Shown here: one piece after another, positions 31,285-39,975 of the stretch
Position numbering within the stretch: position 1 is the first letter of the stretch
Layout: each line of letters begins with the position of its first letter
NCBI GenBank assembly: GCA_965197275.1
Contig: CBDAMQ010000031.1
Span: 212,261-276,260, forward strand
From: Acidobacteriota bacterium
GTDB lineage: Bacteria; Acidobacteriota; UBA890; WLXD01
Length of the DNA stretch: 64,000 nt
Reading direction: 5' to 3'
Program-made: the position numbers and the translations under genes
The notes under the pieces: generated by a model
What the model was told of the DNA's origin: nothing
Seen by the model: only the letters and a program-made list of their open reading frames with translations
The model's database searches: none

Positions 31285-32510
31285 ATGGAGCAGGCACAGA
31301 TTCTGGGCATTGCGTTGGGGCTTGGGGCGCTGGGTATCCTCCTGATGCTCATCTTCGTCAAGTCGAACATCGTTATCTGCCAACCTAATGAGCTCGTAGT
31401 GCTGGCCGGGCGTCAGCGGCGAACTGCCGATGGCAAGACGACCGGATACCGCTGACCAGCCACCCTGTCCAGTTGCGTTTGGACAAAGCGATGTGCGCCG
31501 GCATGATCCCCGTCAGCATCGAGGGCCACGCCAATATCAAGCTTGCCGGCCGCGAGGAGGAAGGGCTCGAGGCAGCAGTGGAGCGCTTCCTGGGCAAGAA
31601 TTTCGACTCTGTGGTGCGCACGGCCGAGCAAACGATCGAGGGAGCGCTGCGTGGCGTGCTGGCGACCGTCAGCCCCGAAGAGGCCAACGCCCAGCGATTG
31701 GAGCTAGCGGAGCAGGTAACGGATCGGGCTCGCGCGGACCTGAGTCAGCTCGGCATCGTCCTGGATATCTTCCAGATCGAGAGCGTCTATGACGATCAAG
31801 GCTACCTCGAGGCGATTGGCCGCAAGAAAGTCGCCGAGGTCAGTCGCGATGCGCGAATCGCAGAAGCGCGCGCTGAGGCGGAAGCTCGAAGCGTCGCCGC
31901 CGAGCAGGAGCGTGTCGGGCGCGAAGCCGAGATCGAAGCCGAGTTGGCTGTGGTCGATTCCGAGAAAGCGCTCGCCGTCCGGCGCGCTGAGCGCAAAGCC
32001 GAGTCGAACCGGGCGGAGCAGCGTGCCGAAGTTGCCGGGATCATCGCGCGAGCCGAGCAGGAAGTCGAGCTTCAGGGTACGCGCGCCGAGCTCAGTGCCC
32101 GGCGCGAGGAGGCCGACACCGTTGCGCCGGCGCGGGCGCGGCGGCAGGCGCTCATGTTGGAGGCCGAAGGGCACGCGGCGAGAATTCTCGAGGACGGACG
32201 GGCCACGGCCCAGGCCGTCGAGTCGATGCGGGCACAGTGGCAGGACGGGGAGACCCGCGACCTGTTCCTGATCCAGTTGATGCCAGAGCTACTCGACAAG
32301 GTCACTCGGGTGATCGCTGACAACCTTACGGTAGACAAGCTGACGATCGTCGACAGCGGCGATGGCAGCGGGATTCCCAAGTACATCAACAACCTCACCG
32401 GCAGCGCGGTGGCGATGCTCGAGCAGCTCAAGACGGCAACCGGCATTGATGTCGAGAAGATGACGCGGCAGCAGGCTCATGATGTCGACCTGCCCAAGGC
32501 GCCGGATTGA
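31285..32510 (+). CDS. Flotillin/SPFH (band-7, YqiK-like) membrane protein, with frame disruption near 31440-31475
   Basis: ATG 31285 gives MEQAQILGIALGLGALGILLMLIFVKSNIVICQPNELVVLAGRQRRTADGKTTGYR*, the TM plus start of the SPFH domain. ORF 31473..32510 continues …MIPVSIEGHANIKLAGREEEG… and a long Ala/Glu/Arg-rich coiled coil typical of flotillin. Confidence 0.7.
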
Positions 32511-32564
32511 TATCGGCGCGGCCCGCTAGCGGGATGATAGGCTCTCGGGCCGATCGAGGCGTCG

Positions 32565-34112
32565 GTGATCGAGGCGTCGGCCGCGGCGCGCGTCTTGCAC
32601 GTGCGCAACGACCCCTGGAGTCACAAATCGGAGGGCGATTTGAGCACTGAAGCTGTCGGAGGGACGTTCTTCGGGCATCCCCGCGGTTTGTCGACCCTCT
32701 TTTTCACCGAGATGTGGGAACGGTTCAGCTTCTACGGGATGCGCGGGCTGCTGATCCTATACCTGACCGACTCCGTTCGCGGTGGCTTCGGGCTCGACAC
32801 GCCGACGGCAGCGGCGATTTACGGGCTCTATGTGTTCGGCGTCTATGCCCTGGCGTTGCCCGGTGGCTGGATCGCCGACCGCCTGATCGGACAGCGGCAG
32901 GCGGTGCTATACGGGGGCGTGATCATCGCGCTCGGCCATTTCTTGATGGCGATTCCGGCGGTGCCAGCCTTCTATCTCGGGCTGATCCTGATCGTAGTCG
33001 GCACCGGCCTGCTGAAGCCGAACGTGTCGGCGATTGTCGGCGACCTGTACCCGGAAGGCGGCGCCCGGCGCGATGCAGGCTTCTCGGTCTTTTACATGGG
33101 GATCAACATCGGCGCAGTTCTAGGTCCGACCATCTGTTCGTTCCTGGGCGAGGGGTACAACTGGCATCTCGGGTTCGGTGCTGCCGGCGTTGGCATGACG
33201 TTCGGCGTCATTCAGTACGTCCTCGGCAAGGACCACCTGTTAGGTTGCGGCGAGCTTCCGGAAGCGGCTCGGCCGCAGGAGGTTCGCGCCGCGTCCGTGC
33301 GCCAGTTCCTTGGCGGAGTCGGCCTCGTCGTGGCGCTGATCGTAGCGATCACCCTATTGAGTGCCGGCGGCCTGATCGCACTCACGCTGGTGGGGTTCGC
33401 GCAGGTCACAGGGCTCCTTATCACCGGTGTTTCCGTCGCCTACTTTGCCGGGCTCATCGGGTTCGTATGCCGCGATCGTACGGAGCGCAAGCGCGTCTTC
33501 GCGATCTTCTTGCTGTTCATCGGGGCAGCGATGTTCTGGTCCGGATTCGAGCAGGCAGGCTCGTCCCTGAACCTGTTCGCACGCGACTTCACCGACCGAA
33601 TGATCTTCGGCTGGGAGATGCCCGCGTCGATGCTGCAGAACATCAACCCGACGTTCATTATCCTGCTGGCACCGGTGGTCGGTGGGCTCTGGGTGCGGCT
33701 CGGCGCGCGCAACCCGTCGATTCCGATCAAGTTCGGCCTCGGCCTCGTGTTGCTGGGCGTTGGCTTCCTGGTGCTGTCCTGGGGGTCGCAGTTCGTGACC
33801 GAGGGCCAGGTGAGCCCGATGTGGTTGGTGACTACCTACTTCTTCCACACCGTCGGCGAGCTTTGCCTGAGCCCGGTCGGCCTGAGCTCGACCACCAAGC
33901 TCTCGCCCCAAAGACTGCAGGGCCAGATGATGGGGCTGTGGTTCATGGGCACCGCTTTGGGCAACCTGATCGCCGGGCTGGCTGCCGGTTATATCGACAC
34001 CTTGCCGGTCGCCGAGCTGTTCAGCACGGTGGCGATGATCGTGATCGCCACGGGGGCGCTGTTCTTCATGTTCGCGATTCCGATCCGCAAGCTCACGGTG
34101 GGCGTGAGCTAG
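32565..34112 (+). CDS. POT/PTR2-family proton-dependent oligopeptide transporter (DtpT-like)
   Basis: FFGHPRGLSTLFFTEMWERFSFYGMRGLLILYL PTR2 signature. ~14 TM. ORF track also shows an antisense-frame artifact at 32714..34282. Confidence 0.85.
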   Translation: MIEASAAARVLHVRNDPWSHKSEGDLSTEAVGGTFFGHPRGLSTLFFTEMWERFSFYGMRGLLILYLTDSVRGGFGLDTPTAAAIYGLYVFGVYALALPGGWIADRLIGQRQAVLYGGVIIALGHFLMAIPAVPAFYLGLILIVVGTGLLKPNVSAIVGDLYPEGGARRDAGFSVFYMGINIGAVLGPTICSFLGEGYNWHLGFGAAGVGMTFGVIQYVLGKDHLLGCGELPEAARPQEVRAASVRQFLGGVGLVVALIVAITLLSAGGLIALTLVGFAQVTGLLITGVSVAYFAGLIGFVCRDRTERKRVFAIFLLFIGAAMFWSGFEQAGSSLNLFARDFTDRMIFGWEMPASMLQNINPTFIILLAPVVGGLWVRLGARNPSIPIKFGLGLVLLGVGFLVLSWGSQFVTEGQVSPMWLVTTYFFHTVGELCLSPVGLSSTTKLSPQRLQGQMMGLWFMGTALGNLIAGLAAGYIDTLPVAELFSTVAMIVIATGALFFMFAIPIRKLTVGVS

Positions 34113-34146
34113 CCCGATCCCGCTGCGTCCGCCCGGTTCGGCGACG

Positions 34147-35430
34147 CTATCCGAGCTGCAGGCGCAACAGCGACACGTCGTCGTCGAACGGCCCGCCGCC
34201 GGCGTACTCGCGCAGACGCCCGATGGTGGCATCCAGATCGGCGCCCTCTGGTGACGTGAGGATCTCGGCGAACCCGTCGTAGCCGAGCATATGCTCGCAG
34301 TCTTCATCCCCTGCCGGGAATATCTCGTAGACGCCGTCGCTGAACAGGTACAGCGAGCACGGTTCCGTTATCGAACGCGTGCTCGACATGTAGCTTGCCT
34401 GCGGCAGCGCCCCGACAATGAGGCCGGATTCCTCCAGCTTCGACACGTCGCCGCCATTGTCTCGGTCGCCGACCAGGAGCGGAGGTGGGTGCCCACCGTT
34501 GGCATAGGTGAGAGTCTGCGCCTGAGCGTCGTAGAGCCCGTACCACATGGTGAAGAACTTGTTGTCGTGCTCCGCCATGCGGAACTCGCGATTCAACCCG
34601 CTGAGCACCTCTGCGGGTTTAGTGAAGTCGACTTCTGGGAGCGAACGCGACCGCACCACGCTCATCACCGAAACCGATAGCAGCGCCGATCCGACTCCGT
34701 GCCCGGCCACGTCGAGCAGGTACATCGCCGTTCGGTGATCGTCGATCGGGTAGTAGTCGAAGATGTCGCCGCCGAGTTGAGCCGACGGCAGGTGGCGCCA
34801 GTCTGCCGAGATGACGCCCTTCGCCGGCGCTGGCAGCAGCCCGCGGACGTAGCCGGCCGCCTTGGCGAGCTCATCGGCCATATGCTGGCGGGTCTCGGCC
34901 AGAGTGGTCTGGATCTCGAGCAAACGCTGCTGCGCGTCGATCACATCGACCAGCTGCAGCTCGCGCTCGACCAGCGCGGCAAGCTCCGCGAGCAGCTCCA
35001 ACGAGGTATCCGACATGCTGCGGGGTTGGCGATCGGCAACGCAGAGCGTGCCTACTTTGTGACCGTCAGCACTTTTCAGAGGCACGCCGGCATAGAAGCG
35101 AATGAAGGGGTCTCCGATGACCATCGGGTTGTCGTGGAAACGGGGATCTGCCGCAGCGTCCGGTATCACGAGCGGACGATCTCCCAGAATCGTGTGGCCG
35201 CAGAACGAGATGTCTCGATCCGTCTCGCATAGCGGCATGCCGACGTTTGCCTTCAGCCACTGACGGTTCTCGTCGACGAATGACAGGTAAGCGATGGGCA
35301 TCTCGAGCGTCAGTCCGGCGACCCTGACGATACGGTCGTAGCGCTCTTCGGTCGGGGTGTCGAGAATCTCCAGCGCCCAGAGCGCGCGTAGCCGGTCGCG
35401 GTCGTCGGTTGGTGTCTCGGGTCCGATCAC
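34147..35430 (-). CDS. GAF-domain sensor fused to PP2C/SpoIIE-type phosphatase (RsbU-like)
   Basis: GAF (…ALWALEILDTPTEERYDRIVRVAGLTLEMPIAYLSFVD…). PPM core (GGDIFDYY…LLDVAGHGVGSALL…). GTG start 1 nt after the DUF885 stop. Confidence 0.85.
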   Translation of the reverse strand: MIGPETPTDDRDRLRALWALEILDTPTEERYDRIVRVAGLTLEMPIAYLSFVDENRQWLKANVGMPLCETDRDISFCGHTILGDRPLVIPDAAADPRFHDNPMVIGDPFIRFYAGVPLKSADGHKVGTLCVADRQPRSMSDTSLELLAELAALVERELQLVDVIDAQQRLLEIQTTLAETRQHMADELAKAAGYVRGLLPAPAKGVISADWRHLPSAQLGGDIFDYYPIDDHRTAMYLLDVAGHGVGSALLSVSVMSVVRSRSLPEVDFTKPAEVLSGLNREFRMAEHDNKFFTMWYGLYDAQAQTLTYANGGHPPPLLVGDRDNGGDVSKLEESGLIVGALPQASYMSSTRSITEPCSLYLFSDGVYEIFPAGDEDCEHMLGYDGFAEILTSPEGADLDATIGRLREYAGGGPFDDDVSLLRLQLG

Positions 35431-35431
35431 G

Positions 35432-37264
35432 TCATGCTCCGCGTGTTTCCTCGATCCAGGCCACGACGACCTCCTCGAGAATGGACAGCGGCAGGGCGCC
35501 GTTTCCCAGCACCACGTCGTGGAATGCGCGCAGATCGAACCGGTCGCCAAGGTGCTCACTGGCGCGCTGCCGCAGCTCTGTGATCTTCAATTCGCCGAAG
35601 GTGTAGGCGAGTCCCTGGCCGGGTTCGGTTATGTGCCGATCGATCTCTGCGGTGACCGTATCGAGTGCCATCCCGGTGTGCTCGGCCATGTAGGCGATTG
35701 CCTCCGCCCGCGTCCAGCCGAGGGCGTGCATCCCGGTATCGACGACTAGCCGACAGGCGCGCCAGATCTGATAGCTCCACATACCGAAACGATCGTAGGG
35801 ATCCTCGTAGAGGCCTACCTCCATGCCGAGCTTCTCCGCATACAGGCCCCAGCCCTCGGTGAACACGGTGATGCCGGAGCTGCGCCGAAAGTCGGACAGA
35901 CGCTCGTTCTCGCGTGCGAGCATGATCTGCAGGTGATGACCGGGAACGCCCTCGTGATATGCGAGCGCACGGGCTACGAATAACGGCCTGCTGGTCAGCT
36001 GGGACGTATTGATGTTGATCCAGCCGGCGCGCGTTCCGTCGTCGCCACCGCGATCGTAGTAACCAGCCGAGTGACGTGGGGCCACGTGCGCCGGAATCGC
36101 GCGCACACCGTAGGGTGTCCGCGGCAGCAATCCGAAAAGCTCGGGTAGATGGCCCTCCATTTGCTTTGCGGCGTAGGCTACGGCGGCGAGATAGTCACGC
36201 GCCGTGTCGACGTAGAAGCGTGGCTCGGTCCGCAGATGCTCGACGAACTCCAGGTAGGTTCCCGTAAAGCCGACCTCGCCCATGATCGCTTCCATCGCCG
36301 CGCGGATCGTGGCGACGCCCTGGAGGCCGATTTCGTGCACCTCGCGCGGCCTCAGGTCGAGGGTGGTGTACATGTGTACCCGATGGGCGTAGTAGGAGCG
36401 TCCTCCGGGCAAATCCGTCACCCCGAGTGTGGCGCGGCCGGCGGGGACGTACTCGTCGCGCAGGAACTCGAACAGTGCCCGGTAGCCCGGGATTACCGAG
36501 TCGTCAATCGCCGCTTCGCCGTCGCGGCTCAGGCGCTGGCGATCTGCAGCGTCGATCGAGTCGGGAATGCGCTCGAACGGCGACCAGAAGCCGCTGTGGC
36601 GCGGATGGTCCGCCAGATGCAAGCTCGCGGTGTTTTCGTATCCCGTCAGGACGGCAGACGGAAGGACCAGTCCGGCGGCGATGCCGGCGCGCATCAGCGC
36701 GATCTGGCCGCGCGCATGGGCCTCGAACGATTGCAGGCGCGCGACGTAGCGATCGTAGTCCTCGACGTCGCGGAACGTGCCGCTTTCGGGGGCGCCGGCG
36801 AAGCCGAAATGAAACCCGTAGCGGCTGCCAATGGGCATAAGATGCCCACGGTGGAGCAGCTCGTTGGCACGGTCGCGCAACTGGATGGAGAGGATCAGCG
36901 CATCGATGGCCGTGTCGGCTTCGAGATCGTCCGTGTCGATGGCTCGTAGACGCATGCGGAAGTTCTCAATCGCCTCGAGCTCCTCGTCGTATCGTGCCAG
37001 CGAGACGTCGTCCAGGCGTTCCTCGTAGCGCGAGTCCTCGCCCTCCGGAAGCCGCAGGCTGTGGCCGGCGCTGCGAAACGCTACGACCTCCTCGATGAGC
37101 TCGGCGAGATCCGACTCGGCATCGGCCGCGGGCCCAGGACGCTGCGGCGATGCCGCCGGAGGGACGGCGGACGCACCCAACGGAACGGAAAGTGAGAGCG
37201 CCACCGCCATCAGCAAGCGGGACAGGCGGACCGAAATCGCAGTTCGGTGCAGCACCGGCCTCAT
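35432..37264 (-). CDS. DUF885-family secreted protein (putative HExxH-like metallo-enzyme fold)
   Basis: Signal peptide MRPVLHRTAISVRLSRLLMAVALSLSVPLGASA, …HEGVPGHHLQIMLARE… ATGA overlap with the MBL gene. Confidence 0.8.
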   Translation of the reverse strand: MRPVLHRTAISVRLSRLLMAVALSLSVPLGASAVPPAASPQRPGPAADAESDLAELIEEVVAFRSAGHSLRLPEGEDSRYEERLDDVSLARYDEELEAIENFRMRLRAIDTDDLEADTAIDALILSIQLRDRANELLHRGHLMPIGSRYGFHFGFAGAPESGTFRDVEDYDRYVARLQSFEAHARGQIALMRAGIAAGLVLPSAVLTGYENTASLHLADHPRHSGFWSPFERIPDSIDAADRQRLSRDGEAAIDDSVIPGYRALFEFLRDEYVPAGRATLGVTDLPGGRSYYAHRVHMYTTLDLRPREVHEIGLQGVATIRAAMEAIMGEVGFTGTYLEFVEHLRTEPRFYVDTARDYLAAVAYAAKQMEGHLPELFGLLPRTPYGVRAIPAHVAPRHSAGYYDRGGDDGTRAGWININTSQLTSRPLFVARALAYHEGVPGHHLQIMLARENERLSDFRRSSGITVFTEGWGLYAEKLGMEVGLYEDPYDRFGMWSYQIWRACRLVVDTGMHALGWTRAEAIAYMAEHTGMALDTVTAEIDRHITEPGQGLAYTFGELKITELRQRASEHLGDRFDLRAFHDVVLGNGALPLSILEEVVVAWIEETRGA

Positions 37265-38184
37265 GGCACTGTGCCGGCCGCCACCGTGCGGAAGTAGCGC
37301 GCCAGTCCCCACCAGGAGTCGACGGCGCCGCTGTTGGCAATGTAGGTATCAGCGTCGCCTGGCAGCGCCGCCTCGAGGTCGTGTTCTACTCGCTGCCGAA
37401 AGCGCGCCGCACACGCCTCGTCGTCCACACCGGAGTCCAGATCGGCTTGCACGATCGCGGCCCAGTCCGCCAGTCGCCGTTCATGCTCATCGATGTGCTG
37501 TTGTACGGGCCGCGCCGGGCCGAAGTGTGTCGGACACAGCAGGGTCGGGTTCCAGGCGCGGATCCTGGCGGTGGCCTCCGCCCAGCCGGTCAGATCGACG
37601 TCCGGTGGTGGGGTCGCCGGAATGACATAGGGACGGTTGTCGATGCGGACGCCGAGCGCGTCGCCGACGTAGGCGAGGCCGGTGCCGGGGTCGAAGTAAC
37701 TCACATGGTGCTTTGCGTGACCCGGGGTGTGCTCGACGAGCAGTCCGCGGCCTCCGACAATGATGGTCTCGTCACCTTCTACCGTTGCGACGTTGCCCGC
37801 GGGAACCGCCACGATGGGGCCCCACAGTTCGTCCATCCGATCTCCGTAGAGACGTGCGGCGCTGGCCAGCAGTCGCTCCGGATCGATCATGTGCCGAGCG
37901 CCGCGCTGATGCACGTAGACTTGGATCGACGGATTTCGCGCCACCAGCGTGCCTGTGGCTCCGGCGTGGTCGAGGTGAATGTGGGTCAAGAGAATCGTGC
38001 TTACGTTGTCGATCGACAGACCACCGAGTCGCAGTCCGTCCTCCAGCTCAGCCAGGGTCGACGACGGGCCGGGATCCACCAGGATGACGCCGGCACCGGC
38101 CTCGACAACGTAGCAGCCGAGATACTCCGGGCGGCCACGAAAGTGCACGTCGATCAGATGCGTGCCGGCAGCGACAGGCCTCAC
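37261..38184 (-). CDS. MBL-fold metallo-hydrolase
   Basis: THIHLDHAG (HxHxDH) plus downstream His/Asp ligands. GTGA overlap with the upstream acyl-CoA synthetase gene. Confidence 0.85.
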   Translation of the reverse strand: MRPVAAGTHLIDVHFRGRPEYLGCYVVEAGAGVILVDPGPSSTLAELEDGLRLGGLSIDNVSTILLTHIHLDHAGATGTLVARNPSIQVYVHQRGARHMIDPERLLASAARLYGDRMDELWGPIVAVPAGNVATVEGDETIIVGGRGLLVEHTPGHAKHHVSYFDPGTGLAYVGDALGVRIDNRPYVIPATPPPDVDLTGWAEATARIRAWNPTLLCPTHFGPARPVQQHIDEHERRLADWAAIVQADLDSGVDDEACAARFRQRVEHDLEAALPGDADTYIANSGAVDSWWGLARYFRTVAAGTVP

Positions 38185-39818
38185 GAGTCGAGCACGTAGT
38201 CTTTGTAGGTTTCGCGCAGCACCATTTTCTTGAACTTGCCGGTGGATGTTCGCGGGATCGAGTCGGTGATCTCCAGGGCGTCAGGGAGCCACCAACTGGC
38301 GAAATGCGGCCGTAGGTAGTCGAGCACTTCGTCCAGAGTGATGGTCGCGCCCTCAACCGGGATCACCACGGCGATCGGGCGCTCGCTCCACTTCGGGTGT
38401 GCCACCGGGATCACCGCCGCCTCGGCGATGCTCGGGTGGCCCATGAGCGCATTCTCGAGCGCGATCGAGCTGATCCACTCGCCGCCCGACTTGATGAGGT
38501 CCTTGGAGCGGTCCTCGATGCTCACATAGCCCTGCGCATCGATGGTGACGATGTCGCCGGTGCAGAACCAGCCGTCGTCGGTGAAGTTGTCGGTGCCCTG
38601 CTCGCTGTCGTGGTAGGCACTGGCGACCCACGGGCCGCGGACCTCGAGCTCGCCCATCGTTTCGCCGTTCCAGGGAACCAGCCCCGCGTCCCCGCGAGCG
38701 CGCAGCTCCACCAGCGGTGACATGCGTCCCTGCTTGGCGCGTAACGCCAGGCGCTCGTCGGCACCCAGATGGTCGTCCGCCGGGCCGATCTTGCTAACCG
38801 TTCCCAGTGGCGAGGTTTCGGTCATGCCCCAGGCGTGCATCACCTGCAGGCCGTGACGCTCCTCGAAGGCCTGGATCATGGTGGGGGGCGCGGCGGCACC
38901 GCCGACGATCATGAGGTCCAGCGCACTGAGGTCGTAGCGCTCAGGGTCGGCGTCGAGATGCTCGAGGATTCCCATCCAGATCGTCGGAACACCGGCCGTG
39001 GCGGTTACGCCCTCATCGGCGAACAGCTCGCAGAGGCTCTCGGGGTCGAGATGTGGACCCGGGAACACCTGCTTGGCGCCCAGCATCAGACACGCGTAAG
39101 GGGTGCCCCAAGCATTGACGTGGAACATCGGCACCACCGGCAGCATCACCGTGCGCTCGTTGATCGCGAACATGTCAGCCAACCCCAGCGCCATGGCGTG
39201 CAAGATCATGGCACGATGGGAGTAGACGACCCCCTTTGGCATACCGGTGGTCCCCGACGTGTAACACATTGCCGCGGCGTCGTTCTCGTCAAGGTCGGCG
39301 ACAGCGTAATCGCACGGGTTGGCGCCGGCGATGAGCTCCTCGTAGTCGATCATGCCGTCCGCCAGCTGCGGCGCCGGAGCTCCCTCGCGTAGCTGTGACA
39401 TCACCACGATGCGGTCCGCATCGATGCGGTCCATCACCTTCTCGAGTAGCGGCAGCAGGGTGGCATCGACCAGGATCAGCCGGTCATCGGCGTGATTGAT
39501 GATGTAGGTAAGGTCGTCGGGGTGGAGTCGGAGGTTCAACGTGTGCAGGACAGCGCCCGTCGCCGGAACCCCGAGATACGCCTCGAGATGCTGGTAGTGA
39601 TTCCAAGCCAGGGTGCCTACTCGGTCGCCTTTGGCTATCCCGAGATCGCGGAGGGCGACGGAGAGACGTCGCGCCCGCTGGGTGAAATCACCCGTCGTGT
39701 AGCGGTGAATCGACTTGTCTGGACGGCGCGAGACAATCTCGCAGTGCGAGTAGAGGCACTCGGCGCGCTCCAGGAGACTTGGCAGCGTCAGCTGATAGTC
39801 CATCATCAGACCGCGCAT
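38181..39818 (-). CDS. AMP-dependent acyl-CoA synthetase/ligase (long-chain fatty-acid-CoA ligase-like)
   Basis: …[17 protein letters not shown]… AMP-binding motif. …[12 protein letters not shown]…, C-terminal …STGKFKK… Start at MRGLMMDY with GGAG Shine-Dalgarno. Confidence 0.85.
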   Translation of the reverse strand: MRGLMMDYQLTLPSLLERAECLYSHCEIVSRRPDKSIHRYTTGDFTQRARRLSVALRDLGIAKGDRVGTLAWNHYQHLEAYLGVPATGAVLHTLNLRLHPDDLTYIINHADDRLILVDATLLPLLEKVMDRIDADRIVVMSQLREGAPAPQLADGMIDYEELIAGANPCDYAVADLDENDAAAMCYTSGTTGMPKGVVYSHRAMILHAMALGLADMFAINERTVMLPVVPMFHVNAWGTPYACLMLGAKQVFPGPHLDPESLCELFADEGVTATAGVPTIWMGILEHLDADPERYDLSALDLMIVGGAAAPPTMIQAFEERHGLQVMHAWGMTETSPLGTVSKIGPADDHLGADERLALRAKQGRMSPLVELRARGDAGLVPWNGETMGELEVRGPWVASAYHDSEQGTDNFTDDGWFCTGDIVTIDAQGYVSIEDRSKDLIKSGGEWISSIALENALMGHPSIAEAAVIPVAHPKWSERPIAVVIPVEGATITLDEVLDYLRPHFASWWLPDALEITDSIPRTSTGKFKKMVLRETYKDYVLDS

Positions 39819-39975
39819 GATCGGCTCCGGGAACGGTAGGTTTTGTGGGCTGAGGGCGCGCGTTCCGGTCGCTGCTGACGACTCGGGCGGCGGACGGCCG
39901 CACTGTACCGCGGTCCGGCCGTGTGGCCCGGCGAGCGGCCGGGGATCGCGACGGCCCAAAGCATATACTTCGGCC

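Noticed and set aside
31430-31792. ORF 31430..31792 (+), between the flotillin fragments.
   Set aside because: Low-complexity RPRGG-type translation. The flotillin frames (31285.. and 31473..) explain the region.
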